A stretch of DNA of 64,000 nucleotides from Succinivibrionaceae bacterium (GTDB taxonomy: Bacteria > Pseudomonadota > Gammaproteobacteria > Enterobacterales > Succinivibrionaceae): the NCBI GenBank assembly GCA_051892875.1, contig JBJFGR010000026.1, positions 7,982-71,981 of the forward strand, read 5' to 3'. The notes beneath the pieces are model-generated. The model had not been told where the DNA came from, searched no databases, and saw only the letters and a list, made by a program, of their open reading frames with translations. Positions 1-10,116 of this stretch are shown in pieces. Positions within the stretch are counted from its first letter, which is position 1, and each line of letters opens with the position of its first letter. The translations under genes were made by a program, and so were the position numbers.

Positions 1-1682
1 TTTGAGTTATTATCTAATTTTAAGATAGTTTCATTACTAGCTACTTCTTCAGCAATAGCTGAACAATTATCAGTTATACGACAAAGACTGTGAATGATAG
101 TGTAGAAATTAGCTGTTACATCAGGACTACATACTTGTTCTTCAACACGATGTAAATGATTCTTAAAAATATATTTAGCATTTTTTCTGAATTTAATTTT
201 TGAATTAAGTATAGTTTCAGCACCTTGAATATTTTGTTCTAATAATGCAAGACTAGTATTTTTAAGTAATTTTCTAGTATTTTCAAAGAAGTCTCTTAAT
301 TCAATTCGAGCACTGTCTGATAATTTAAAGTGGTCAGAAGTGATACGATTATGAGCCTCGTTAATATCTTGAACTCTATTTGCTATTCTTGATATATTGT
401 TTTCTACTGTAAGAATTGCGGAAACTTGTTCAGCTTGTTCAGGAGTTAAAACACCATGAGCAATTAGCTTTGACATATATTCAGTTGTTAGTTCATGATC
501 TTTATTTAAACTCTTTAATTTATCATTTATGTTTGTATCAGAAATTTTTTTATTTTGTAGACAAATTTTCTCAAAAACATCTTTCATAATTTCTTTTGCT
601 GTGTTGATGTTATCTGTAATTTGTTTTGAAACTAAATAAAGTGCTGCAATTGGTTGGTCAAAAACGTTTATATCTAAAAAGTTTGCTTTTTCTTGAACTT
701 GTTCTTTTGCTTGTGGTTTTACAATAAAGTTTACTATTGTTACCATAATTGGGATCATTGGCAACCAAATAAGAGTATTGCAAACATTAAAAGTTGTATG
801 AGCATTAGCTATTTGTCGAGAAATGATACTTATTTCATTACCTGAAGGAGAAATCCATCTAACAAAGTCTGCAAAAAAAGGAATTATACATGTGAATATA
901 ATTGCACCAGTTACATTGAATACTGAGTGAGCAACAGCTGTTCTTTTTGCGTCACGAGATTGTCCAATACAAGCAAGTAATGCTGTAATTGTAGTGCCTA
1001 TATTATCACCAAGTAAAATAGGAATAGCACCATTTAATCCAAGAGAGCTAACCCCGTCAGCATTTGGTTGTGAAGCAAAATTTTGAAGTACTGCTATAGT
1101 TGCTGAAGATGATTGAACAACAACGGTCATAATAGTACCTAAAGCTAAACCTAAAAGTGGAATATCAGCAACTTGTGTCATTAATTCAGTGAATAATGGT
1201 GTTTTTGCTAATGGTTTCATTACAGTTCCCATTATTTCAATACCATTAAATAACAACCCAAATGAGAAAATAACAAGACCTATATTTCGGATTTTTTCAG
1301 ATTTGGATAGAAAATGCATAATAAACCCAAGGAATATTATTGGATAAATGTAGTTGCTTAATTTAAATGCTATAATCTGAGCTGTCATTGTGGTACCAAT
1401 ATTTGCACCAAATATTACTGAGATTGCTTGTGGTAAGGGCATTAATCTCGCACTAACAAATCCTATAACCATAACTGTTGTTGCTGAAGAACTTTGTAAT
1501 ACCGTAGTAACTAAAGCACCTGCAAAAACACCTAATATAGGATTTTTTGTAAGTGCTGATAAAATTTGTTTCATACGGGTTCCTGCAACTTTTTGAAGTG
1601 CGTCGGACATGGTATTCATACCAAATAAAAACATGGCTAATCCACCGATAAGCCCAAAAATTGTTATTGTATAACTACTCAT
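1..1682 (-). CDS. Na+/phosphate cotransporter family protein (NptA/YjbB-like, with PhoU-like C-terminal part); 3' end beyond the window
   Basis: Missing from the ORF track because it is open to the window edge. The reverse complement from ATG (1682-1680) reads MSSYTITIFGLIGGLAMFLFGMNTMSDALQKVAG...VLQSSSATTVMVIGF...FGANIGTTMTAQ. A second half-repeat reads VVQSSSATIAVLQ...LLGDNIGTTITALLA. This duplicated motif pair is typical of Na/Pi-cotransporter II-related proteins. I checked the frame by hand and it stays open to position 1. Confidence 0.8.
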   Translation of the reverse strand, partial: MSSYTITIFGLIGGLAMFLFGMNTMSDALQKVAGTRMKQILSALTKNPILGVFAGALVTTVLQSSSATTVMVIGFVSARLMPLPQAISVIFGANIGTTMTAQIIAFKLSNYIYPIIFLGFIMHFLSKSEKIRNIGLVIFSFGLLFNGIEIMGTVMKPLAKTPLFTELMTQVADIPLLGLALGTIMTVVVQSSSATIAVLQNFASQPNADGVSSLGLNGAIPILLGDNIGTTITALLACIGQSRDAKRTAVAHSVFNVTGAIIFTCIIPFFADFVRWISPSGNEISIISRQIANAHTTFNVCNTLIWLPMIPIMVTIVNFIVKPQAKEQVQEKANFLDINVFDQPIAALYLVSKQITDNINTAKEIMKDVFEKICLQNKKISDTNINDKLKSLNKDHELTTEYMSKLIAHGVLTPEQAEQVSAILTVENNISRIANRVQDINEAHNRITSDHFKLSDSARIELRDFFENTRKLLKNTSLALLEQNIQGAETILNSKIKFRKNAKYIFKNHLHRVEEQVCSPDVTANFYTIIHSLCRITDNCSAIAEEVASNETILKLDNNS

Positions 1683-1705
1683 ATTATTTACTCACTATCA
1701 ATACT

Positions 1706-1784
1706 TATGAATTTTGGTTATTTTATGAATTATGGTTATTTTTAACGACCGAATTTTGGTTAAATCTTTATAAATTTGGGGTTA
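1706..1784. repeat. Array of four direct repeats (GAATTWTGGTTA-like) in the divergent promoter region between the Na/Pi transporter and yebG-like genes
   Basis: TATGAATTTTGGTTATTTT (1706-1724) is followed immediately by TATGAATTATGGTTATTTT (1724-1742). GAATTTTGGTTA occurs again at 1751-1762. A degenerate copy, AAATTTGGGGTTA, lies at 1772-1784. Spacing is about 18-24 bp. Confidence 0.5.
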
Positions 1785-1907
1785 AATATGTAAAATATAT
1801 GTAAATTATTTGGATAAAAAAGGAGTGTTTTATGGTATAATTATTTGTGTTTTTAGTATATTATGTTAATTAAAATCTTGAAAATTTCCCAACTAGGAGT
1901 TTTTTGT

Positions 1908-2222
1908 ATGAAACGTACAATAGAAGTTGAATACATTCTTAGAGACGAAGAAGGAAAAGAAGTGGCTAGATTTCAGAATATTGATGATGCAAAACAGTAT
2001 GATCGTATGTTGTCTGCTGCCGACAGTATTTTCGATTTATTAGATGGTATAAAAGAGTTAGATTCTGTAAAAGAAGCTGTGAAAGATGAGATAGCTTTCC
2101 AAATCGCTAAACATAGTCAGGATATTATTCCTATTTTATCTACAATAGGAAAGAAAAAATCTCCAAAAAGAGATAAAGAATCTGTTAATCAAGATGTTGT
2201 AGAATTACAAGAAGCTTCTTAA
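1908..2222 (+). CDS. yebG: YebG-like DNA damage-inducible protein
   Basis: MKRTIEVEYILRDEEGKEVARFQNIDDAKQYDRMLSAADSIFDLL follows the YebG pattern (V-x-Y-V/I...F...EA..YDKML..AD). I moved the start from the track start (1863) to the internal ATG at 1908, which has an AGGAG RBS about 8 nt upstream. Confidence 0.6.
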   Translation: MKRTIEVEYILRDEEGKEVARFQNIDDAKQYDRMLSAADSIFDLLDGIKELDSVKEAVKDEIAFQIAKHSQDIIPILSTIGKKKSPKRDKESVNQDVVELQEAS

Positions 2223-2250
2223 TGTTTACCAATTTGTTAAAAATAGTTAT

Positions 2251-2286
2251 AATTCCTAAAGCGTTTTTGCTTTAGGAATTTTTTTA
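2251..2286 (+). terminator. Rho-independent terminator after yebG-like
   Basis: Perfect 12-bp stem AATTCCTAAAGC / GCTTTAGGAATT (2251-2262 / 2269-2280) with a 6-nt loop, followed by a T5 run. Confidence 0.8.
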
Positions 2287-3501
2287 ATGAAAGATAATTT
2301 ATATAACCACTATCAAGAATCAAATGAAAGCACTTTATCTTTTATAGAAAATCTAAGAGACTTTAAATCTAAATGTAAACCAGTGTCATTATTTGATATT
2401 TGGAGTTATTTAATTGCTTTTATTTTTTTACTAATGTCTGTTTATTTTGATTATAAGTTATCTAGTTATTTTGCAAATGTTGATGAATTTGTATATCGAA
2501 TTACGGGTTTGCATGTTTCTAATGATATTATTGAAATACCTGTAACTGTTGATGATATTAAATTGTTTGTAATTGAAACACCAAATAGAAACGGAGTAAA
2601 TAGGGATTTTTATAAAAAAATTAAATTTTCAGTTTCTGAAGAAGTTCTACAAAATAAAAACTTAAAAAATATTCCTCATTCTTTTGAAAAAATATCAGAT
2701 AGAATATCTATCGATTTTCCTAAAGGTAGTAATGTATTTTTAGCAATAGATAAAAATTTTTTATCAGGTAATAATGATTTTTATATAACTGATGGATCTT
2801 ACAGTTTTGGAGATATATTTTTTATGATAGGTATATTAACTCCATTAGGACCATTGTTAACATTATTGTTATTATTATGGTTTCTAAAATCTACTTTTTT
2901 GAGTTTTATAAGAGCTTATAGATTTTCTAGAATTTGTCCTATTTATGTATATAATACTGGCATTGTAAATACTAAAAGAATAAAATTTCCATTAGGTGAT
3001 GCAGTTAAAGAAAAATATGCCAATATATACAAATTGGCTTTACAAAATAGAATTATTGAGATTCCAGGATGTTATGGATTCAATGATGATGGTTCTACAA
3101 GAGCTTGTATTTGTAAAATGTATTTTTTAAAAGGTATTAAACCTATATATTACTGTTTGGATATAAATAAAGATTTGCCTTTTTTTAAAAAAATGAATAA
3201 ATCTGAAAACTATGGTTGTTTTACAAAAGCTAAAAAAATTGTAGATAAAATAAATGAACATTTAGAAAAGGCTGAAACGTTAGATTTAGATTATATCTGT
3301 AATAGAATTGATGAAGCTATTTTATTATTTAGTATTTATAATAATGTTAAGGCAACTAATTATGTAACATCTCTAGTCTTATTAAAAAATACTTTAACTT
3401 CATATAAAATAAATAAAGCAAATGTTGATAATATATTGTTTTATATGGTAGATAAAAAAATTATTCCTAATATTCAACGGCTAGCGGATCATATGATTTA
3501 A
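2287..3501 (+). CDS. Hypothetical membrane protein (orphan, two hydrophobic segments)
   Basis: 404-aa ORF. Hydrophobic stretches are IWSYLIAFIFLLMSVYF and IFFMIGILTPLGPLLTLLLLLWFL. I recognise no family. The ATG abuts the upstream terminator T-tract, so the start and expression are uncertain. Confidence 0.45.
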   Translation: MKDNLYNHYQESNESTLSFIENLRDFKSKCKPVSLFDIWSYLIAFIFLLMSVYFDYKLSSYFANVDEFVYRITGLHVSNDIIEIPVTVDDIKLFVIETPNRNGVNRDFYKKIKFSVSEEVLQNKNLKNIPHSFEKISDRISIDFPKGSNVFLAIDKNFLSGNNDFYITDGSYSFGDIFFMIGILTPLGPLLTLLLLLWFLKSTFLSFIRAYRFSRICPIYVYNTGIVNTKRIKFPLGDAVKEKYANIYKLALQNRIIEIPGCYGFNDDGSTRACICKMYFLKGIKPIYYCLDINKDLPFFKKMNKSENYGCFTKAKKIVDKINEHLEKAETLDLDYICNRIDEAILLFSIYNNVKATNYVTSLVLLKNTLTSYKINKANVDNILFYMVDKKIIPNIQRLADHMI

Positions 3502-3599
3502 ATAAAAAAATCAAGTAAGGATTCTTTTTTATCATTTGTAAATTTAATATATTGCTGATTTAAAAATGAACATAATAAATTTTTTAATCCCTAATGATT

Positions 3600-3824
3600 T
3601 TATAAAAGTAAATCATGTAAACATTCAATGTGGTAAGTTGCTAGATAGCTCAAGATGGTTAGTTCATCTTTTTTATAATAAGCTAAGTTTTTTTTGATAA
3701 GATTTTCTTTTAGAGTATCTGATATTATTGGTCGTATAGAAAGATCCTGAATTAGAATTAAAACAGAACGAAAATTTACATCATTATTTTGCTGAAAATA
3801 TTTGAAATTACAATTATTTATCAT
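3600..3824 (-). CDS. Small hypothetical protein (74 aa)
   Basis: ORF with a GAGGT RBS about 10 nt upstream of the ATG on the minus strand. No recognisable family. Confidence 0.3.
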   Translation of the reverse strand: MINNCNFKYFQQNNDVNFRSVLILIQDLSIRPIISDTLKENLIKKNLAYYKKDELTILSYLATYHIECLHDLLL

Positions 3825-3982
3825 TAAAATATACCTCAGTAAAAGAATTTTTTAGACCTTTTCTTTTTAGAAAAGGTTTTTTTAATTAATGTTCTTTTAC
3901 TTGATGAGATTTAATTAAGAAATTAAAGTAGCGATAGTTTACTAAAAATAGAATTATTAAAATTATTAATGTACAAAAAGGA

Positions 3983-4789
3983 TTGGATGTGAATATTAAA
4001 TTATCTGAAGGTAAACTTTCCAAATCAGAAAGACAAAAAGTAATAGTAACAGAACTTCAAGCAACGCCAACAATAAGAGCTTCAGAATTAGCTATAGAAC
4101 TGAGAGTATCAACAGAGACTATAAGAAGAGATTTAGAAGAGTTAGAAAGCAAAGGTTTAATTAGTAGAACGTATGGTGGTGCAGTTCGTCCATTAACTGT
4201 TGAAACAAAAGCTAATCATAGCGAGCAATTATATTTAAGACAGAGAGAATTGATTGCTAAAGAAGTATCTTCTTTTGTAAATCATGGTGATGTATTAATT
4301 ATTGGTGGAGGTTCTACAACTTCTCATGTCGCTCGAAGATTGGCAGCTGATAAACATGATTTAACTGTCATTACAGATTCGTTTGCTGTGGCAACAATTT
4401 TATCTTCAAATAGTACGATAAGAATTCAGATGTGTCCTGGTACATATAATGCTCATGAAGGATGTGTATATGGTTCAGAAACTGTTGAATATTTAAGTAA
4501 TATATATGCAAATCATGCCATTTTAGGTTCTAGTGGTTTATCTGGAGATGGCGTAAGTTGCAATGATATGGATATTGTTGGAACTTATCGAGCTATGGTT
4601 TTAAGGTCTAATGAGGTTACTATAGTTGCAGATCACAGTAAGATCTCAAAATATGGGGTTTCAATATTTTCATCATGGAAAAATATTGATAGATTAATAA
4701 TAGACCAAGATCCTTGTGATGAAGAATTATCCCAATCTTTGAGATTTAATAAAGTTAAGGTTATGATCGCTAAAGATATTTGGTGGTAA
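3983..4789 (+). CDS. DeoR-family transcriptional regulator
   Basis: N-terminal HTH IRASELAIELRVSTETIRRDLEELESKGLISRTYGGA, followed by a DeoR C-terminal sugar-phosphate sensor-like domain (IIGGGSTT...ILGSSGL). The track uses a TTG start; GTG at 3989 is an alternative. Confidence 0.85.
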   Translation: MDVNIKLSEGKLSKSERQKVIVTELQATPTIRASELAIELRVSTETIRRDLEELESKGLISRTYGGAVRPLTVETKANHSEQLYLRQRELIAKEVSSFVNHGDVLIIGGGSTTSHVARRLAADKHDLTVITDSFAVATILSSNSTIRIQMCPGTYNAHEGCVYGSETVEYLSNIYANHAILGSSGLSGDGVSCNDMDIVGTYRAMVLRSNEVTIVADHSKISKYGVSIFSSWKNIDRLIIDQDPCDEELSQSLRFNKVKVMIAKDIWW

Positions 4790-4805
4790 AAAGAGGAATA
4801 CAAAA

Positions 4806-6866
4806 ATGCGAAATACCATATCTATTGCTACCGTTAGTGTTAATACTACACCAATGGATGTAAACAATAATGTCCAAAAAATAATTACAGCATATAAAGA
4901 AGCTGTTGAACAAGGTGCTGATATTGTTTTAACTCCTGAACTTGCGGTAATAGGATACGGATTGCAAGATATGTTCTATGTTAATGAATCAATGCGAAAA
5001 ATTCCAAAAGTTATAAAAAAAATCGCTGATTCTGTTGATGAGAATCATTATTTGGCTGTTGGTTTTCCTCTTTTGTTTGAAGGCGGTCAATTGTATAATG
5101 CTGTGGCTTTATTAACACATGGGAACGTTTTAGGTATTGTATTAAAGCAACATTTAGCTCGTAGCGGTATACATTATGAACCTCGTTGGTTTACCCCTTG
5201 GAAACATGGTAGTGTCATTGAAATAGATTTTGCTAATCTAAAAACAAAAGTTGGTGATTTAGTTTTTGATATTGATGGTGTGCGTTTAGGATTTGAAATT
5301 TGTGAAGATTCATGGGTAGGTGATCGTCCTGGGAGGTCTTTATGCAGAAGATTGACAGATATTATTTTAAATCCGAGTGCTTCTCATTTTGCCATAGGTA
5401 AGCAAAGGGAACGGGTAACATTTGTAAGTGAAGGATCTAGATCATTTGGGGTTATTTACGTTTATACAAACCTGTTGGGATGTGAATCTGGAAGAGCTGT
5501 ATATGATGGTGATATGATGATAGCCTCTGCTGGTAAAATGGTTTCCATGAGTGAAAGGTTAAGTTTTGCACCATATAAAGTAATGATTGCAAATTGCGAT
5601 TTACGTTCAAATAGGCAAATAAGAATGCAATCTAGTATGCTTTTAAACCCTCAAGATTCAGTAGATGAAAGTGTTATTTTTACAAATTGTTGTTTTGATG
5701 AAGAGGATTTTACAAAACCAATAACAAAACCTTGTGTTATTAGAGATGAAGATGAACATCAAGAAGTAGGCAGAGTTGTTGCTTTAGGTTTATGGGATTG
5801 GATGAGAAAAACTTATACTAGTGGGTATGCTCTAAGTTTATCAGGTGGAGCAGACTCTGCTTTATGTGCTGCAATGGTATTTTTTTCTCAAGTTCAAGCA
5901 TATGCAACTTTAGGTGAAAAAGTTTATTTAGATACATTAAAGCAGTGTGGAATTTCTGTAATTCCAAAACCATTTGATATGGAACCACTTACTTATTTAA
6001 AGAAAGAAGTTATGCCAAAAGTTTTATTAACTTTATATCAAGGTTCTGATTATTCAGGAAGTGTTACCTTTAATGCAGCTAAAGACTTAGCTGAAGAAAT
6101 AGGGGCTTGGCATAATTCATGGTCAATTTCAAATTTAGTAAAAGAATATATAAGACTTTCAGATAGCTTAACACCTGAGCATCAGTTATCTTGGGATAAA
6201 GATGACCTTGCTTTACAAAATATTCAAGCTCGTGTTCGTGCTCCTGGAATTTGGTTAATGGCGAATAGATTTAATAAATTATTAATTGCCACCTCAAATT
6301 TATCAGAAGCTTCTGTAGGTTATTGTACTATGGATGGAGATACCTCAGGAGTGATTTCTCCAATAGGTGGAATTAGTAAGTCTAGAGTGTTAAAGATCAA
6401 TCGCTATTTAATGGAAAATGGTATTCATTTACAAGATAATAAAGTTTTTGCAAGTGATAAGGTTCAGATTAATTCTATGAAGGGAATTGTTTGTCAAGCA
6501 CCAACAGCTGAACTTAGACCAGTGGAACAAACAGATGAAAAAGATCTAATGCCGTACCCTTTATTGGATGAAATACGTAGTCTTTCTCAAAATAATAATT
6601 TAACGCCAAAAGAAGTGTTTATTGAATTATTACGTAGTGATTTTGTAAAATCTATGTCTCCGCAAGATTTATTAAAAGCAGTTCGCAGATATTACAGATT
6701 ATATTGCCGTAACCAATGGAAACGTGAGCGTATAGCAGTAGCATTTCATATAGAAAGTGATAGTGCGGATCCTAAAGCTTTTAGAAGATTTCCTGTGTTA
6801 TCTTCTGCTTTAAGAGAAGAATTATTAGACCTTGACGAATATGCTAAATCCATAGGTTTACAATAA
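4806..6866 (+). CDS. nadE: Glutamine-dependent NAD+ synthetase (long form: CN-hydrolase plus NAD synthetase domains)
   Basis: 686 aa. The N-terminal nitrilase-like domain contains GFEICED. The C-terminal domain carries the PP-loop LSLSGGADSAL. Confidence 0.9.
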   Translation: MRNTISIATVSVNTTPMDVNNNVQKIITAYKEAVEQGADIVLTPELAVIGYGLQDMFYVNESMRKIPKVIKKIADSVDENHYLAVGFPLLFEGGQLYNAVALLTHGNVLGIVLKQHLARSGIHYEPRWFTPWKHGSVIEIDFANLKTKVGDLVFDIDGVRLGFEICEDSWVGDRPGRSLCRRLTDIILNPSASHFAIGKQRERVTFVSEGSRSFGVIYVYTNLLGCESGRAVYDGDMMIASAGKMVSMSERLSFAPYKVMIANCDLRSNRQIRMQSSMLLNPQDSVDESVIFTNCCFDEEDFTKPITKPCVIRDEDEHQEVGRVVALGLWDWMRKTYTSGYALSLSGGADSALCAAMVFFSQVQAYATLGEKVYLDTLKQCGISVIPKPFDMEPLTYLKKEVMPKVLLTLYQGSDYSGSVTFNAAKDLAEEIGAWHNSWSISNLVKEYIRLSDSLTPEHQLSWDKDDLALQNIQARVRAPGIWLMANRFNKLLIATSNLSEASVGYCTMDGDTSGVISPIGGISKSRVLKINRYLMENGIHLQDNKVFASDKVQINSMKGIVCQAPTAELRPVEQTDEKDLMPYPLLDEIRSLSQNNNLTPKEVFIELLRSDFVKSMSPQDLLKAVRRYYRLYCRNQWKRERIAVAFHIESDSADPKAFRRFPVLSSALREELLDLDEYAKSIGLQ

Positions 6867-6870
6867 ATTT

Positions 6871-7704
6871 ATGAGAGTTTTAATTGTTTTAGTCATATTT
6901 TTAATAAGTAATTTTTTATGTGGTTGCTCTTTTTTAATGAACCAAATGGTAAAAGATGATTTATTAGATGCTGATATTCAATTAGAACTCCAGACTTATG
7001 GTTACCAATATGCTGGTAAAATAGATTATAAAAGTAAAACCTTTAAAAATTTTGAAATAAACTATTTAAAAACTAAGGATTTTTTGCTTTCAGATATGTT
7101 GATTGCAGATGAACATGATTATGAAACTGTAATTCGTCTTTATGAAATGCCTCTTTATAAATTGTATATCATAGCTTTATCTCGAAGAAATGAAAAAGGT
7201 GAAGAAATAGGTCAATTGACTTATGCATTTCCATCAAAAGATGATTTATATTCAGCAATTCCTTTTGCAAATAATTTAGAACTATCTTATTTAAGTGATT
7301 ACATTGTAACATCTAGAATTCATGAATGTATCCAGAAAAAATATCGAGTTTTTAATGATAAACAAGATAAAGAACATAAGCTTTTAAAATACTGTAAATT
7401 CGACAAAGGTATTTTCAAAGTTACAAAATGGGGTGATTTTTTAGGGGTTTATGCACCAAAAGAAATAGAGTTTATTCCTAAAAATCAAGGCATTACGTAT
7501 AATTTAAGAACTATAGGAATAAAACCTATTGATAAGAAGTTATTGCAGAAAATCAATCAATTAAATGAAGAAGCCTATCAAGATATAGTCAAAAAAATAA
7601 AAAATGATGGTATAGCTGTCACAAATTTACAAACTTTGGCGTTATATAAATCTAATTTACAAAAACTTTCGTTACTATTACATATAAAAAAATATTATGA
7701 TTAA
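6871..7704 (+). CDS. Hypothetical lipoprotein
   Basis: Signal peptide with a lipobox-like FLCGC. The gene starts 4 nt after the nadE stop. No recognised family. Confidence 0.55.
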   Translation: MRVLIVLVIFLISNFLCGCSFLMNQMVKDDLLDADIQLELQTYGYQYAGKIDYKSKTFKNFEINYLKTKDFLLSDMLIADEHDYETVIRLYEMPLYKLYIIALSRRNEKGEEIGQLTYAFPSKDDLYSAIPFANNLELSYLSDYIVTSRIHECIQKKYRVFNDKQDKEHKLLKYCKFDKGIFKVTKWGDFLGVYAPKEIEFIPKNQGITYNLRTIGIKPIDKKLLQKINQLNEEAYQDIVKKIKNDGIAVTNLQTLALYKSNLQKLSLLLHIKKYYD

Positions 7705-7871
7705 AAAGCACAGGAAAAAATTATAATGTAATAATAAGAATGTAATCTTAAAAATTCATTAATCGCAAATACAATAACAATTACATAAAAATAAATATAA
7801 ATATAGAAAAAAGAACTAATAAAAATATATGAATATGGTTTTATTAAAATTTTTTATAAAGAGTTCTAATA

Positions 7872-9989
7872 ATGAGTGCAAAACATAAAGTTTCAATGGG
7901 TGATAGTCGTCATCTAGGTGCAAGTGTAAGTAATGATGGGGTCAATTTTGCGATTTACTGCAGTCAAGCAGAAGTCATGGAATTGTTGTTGTTTAAAGAT
8001 ACGGAAGATACAGAGCCGGAAGTAATAGAATTAGATCCAGAATATAATAGGAATATATATTATTGGCATATTTTTGTTCATGGTATTAAAGATGGTCAAT
8101 TATATGGGTGGCGCGTTAAATCTGTTAATAAATTTGCATCACATAAAAGTTTGGTTGATACTCAAAAAGTATTGCTAGATCCTTATGGTTTAAGGATAGT
8201 TTTTCCTAAAAATTATAATAGAACTTTTAATCAGTTTGTAGGTTCAAATACGCATTTTTGTGCTAAAAATGTAGTAATTGATATATCTAAATACGATTGG
8301 GAAAATGATAAACAACCAAAACGTCATTTAAGTACAAATGTTATTTATGAAATGCATGTGGCAGGTTTTACAAAAGATCAAAGTTCTGGATTACCTGATG
8401 AAATTCGAGGAACATATAAAGGCGTTATTGAAAAAATACCTTATTTACTTGAATTAGGTATTAACACTGTTGAGTTATTACCTGTTTTTCAATTTGATAA
8501 GTTCGATGCTTCACCAGGGAAATCGAATTATTGGGGATATGCTCCAATGTGTTTTTTTGCGATACATGGTGATTATTCATCAAAAAAAGATTTATACGGA
8601 CCACTAGATGAATTTAGGGATATGGTTAAGGCTTTTCATAAAGCTGGTATAGAAGTAATTTTGGATGTGGTATATAACCATACTTCAGAAGGTGATGAGC
8701 ATGGCCCAATATATTCTTTTAAAGGTTTGGCGAATGATGAGTATTATTTAGTAGATGATGATGGTTCTTATAGGAACTATTCTGGTTGTGGAAATACTTT
8801 AAATGCTTCAAATCCTATTGTAAAACGTATGATTATTGATAGTCTAGTATTTTGGACTGATTATATGCATGTTGATGGATTTAGGTTTGATTTAGCTTGT
8901 GTATTATCTAGAGATATACATGGAAAACCTTTAAATGATCCTCCAACAACTTTATCCATAGCTTTCAATTACAAATTATCAAATGTAAAGCTTATAGCAG
9001 AACCATGGGATGCTGTAGGTATGTACCAAGTAGGAAGTATGGCAGGAGCCAAGTGGCGAGAATGGAATGGACAATTCAGGGATGATATGCGTTGTTTTAT
9101 CCGTGGAGATGATGGAAAAATTCAGAAATTTGTGAACAGGCTGATTGGTAGTCCAGATATTTATAATCCTTATCTTTCAGATTCATTAAAGGGTATAAAT
9201 TTTATTACTTGTCATGATGGTTTTACATTATGGGATTTAGTGTCTTATAACCAAAAACATAATTTAGATAATGGTGAAAATAACCGTGATGGTTCAGATA
9301 TGAACTTTTCAAGTAATTATGGTATTGAAGGACCTACTAATGATAAGAATATAAATGCCATTCGTTTGCGTCAAGCTAAGAATTTTATGTTGTTGAATTT
9401 ATTTTCACTTGGTGTTCCTATGATTTTAATGGGTGACGAGGTATTAAGAACACAATGGGGGAATAACAACGCTTATTGTCAGGATTCTTATATAAGTTAT
9501 CAAAAGTGGAATCACACACCGATGCAAGAGGATATGTTACGTTTCACTAAGGAACTTTTAAAGATAAGAACAAAGAGAGGATCTAATTATTTATGTAGAT
9601 TAACATCTCTAGATGATGCAATTAGAAAAAATAGAATAGTATGGCACGGTATAGAACCTAATAAACCAGATTGGTCAAATACCTCGCATACTATTGCTTT
9701 TACGAAGTATTCTGAAAGTTTAGATTGTTATTTTTATGTATTTGTTAATTCTTATTGGGAAGGTTTGCACATTAAGATACCTGATATACCTTGTGCAAAG
9801 GATGAAGGGAAGTATTATAAATGGAAACGTTTAATAGACACTTCTCAGAAGTCACCTTTAGATATAACACTAGATCCTAAAGAACAGATAGAAATAGGTC
9901 ATAACTACTATTTGGATAGTAGAAGTATTTTAGTATTAATATACAAGGATGAAGCTAAAACAAAAAAATCAAGGAAGTTGAAAAGTTAA
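7872..9989 (+). CDS. glgX: Glycogen debranching enzyme (isoamylase-type GH13)
   Basis: GH13 catalytic motifs DGFRFDLA, AEPWD and FITCHDGFTLWDLVSYN, plus an N-terminal CBM48-like region. Confidence 0.9.
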   Translation: MSAKHKVSMGDSRHLGASVSNDGVNFAIYCSQAEVMELLLFKDTEDTEPEVIELDPEYNRNIYYWHIFVHGIKDGQLYGWRVKSVNKFASHKSLVDTQKVLLDPYGLRIVFPKNYNRTFNQFVGSNTHFCAKNVVIDISKYDWENDKQPKRHLSTNVIYEMHVAGFTKDQSSGLPDEIRGTYKGVIEKIPYLLELGINTVELLPVFQFDKFDASPGKSNYWGYAPMCFFAIHGDYSSKKDLYGPLDEFRDMVKAFHKAGIEVILDVVYNHTSEGDEHGPIYSFKGLANDEYYLVDDDGSYRNYSGCGNTLNASNPIVKRMIIDSLVFWTDYMHVDGFRFDLACVLSRDIHGKPLNDPPTTLSIAFNYKLSNVKLIAEPWDAVGMYQVGSMAGAKWREWNGQFRDDMRCFIRGDDGKIQKFVNRLIGSPDIYNPYLSDSLKGINFITCHDGFTLWDLVSYNQKHNLDNGENNRDGSDMNFSSNYGIEGPTNDKNINAIRLRQAKNFMLLNLFSLGVPMILMGDEVLRTQWGNNNAYCQDSYISYQKWNHTPMQEDMLRFTKELLKIRTKRGSNYLCRLTSLDDAIRKNRIVWHGIEPNKPDWSNTSHTIAFTKYSESLDCYFYVFVNSYWEGLHIKIPDIPCAKDEGKYYKWKRLIDTSQKSPLDITLDPKEQIEIGHNYYLDSRSILVLIYKDEAKTKKSRKLKS

Positions 9990-9997
9990 ATTGGTTT

Positions 9998-10024
9998 ATA
10001 AAAAGAGGTGAAACCTCTTTTTAT
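9998..10024. terminator. Bidirectional terminator between convergent glgX and fabA
   Basis: 12-bp stem ATAAAAAGAGGT / ACCTCTTTTTAT with a 3-nt loop. A/T runs on both sides give a U-tract on either strand. Confidence 0.75.
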
Positions 10025-10116
10025 AAATTATTTATCTAAAATTTTTTTAGAAATATTATTCAAATAAAAGATATAATTTTATTTAATTATCTAAAATAAT
10101 AATATTTAACAACATT

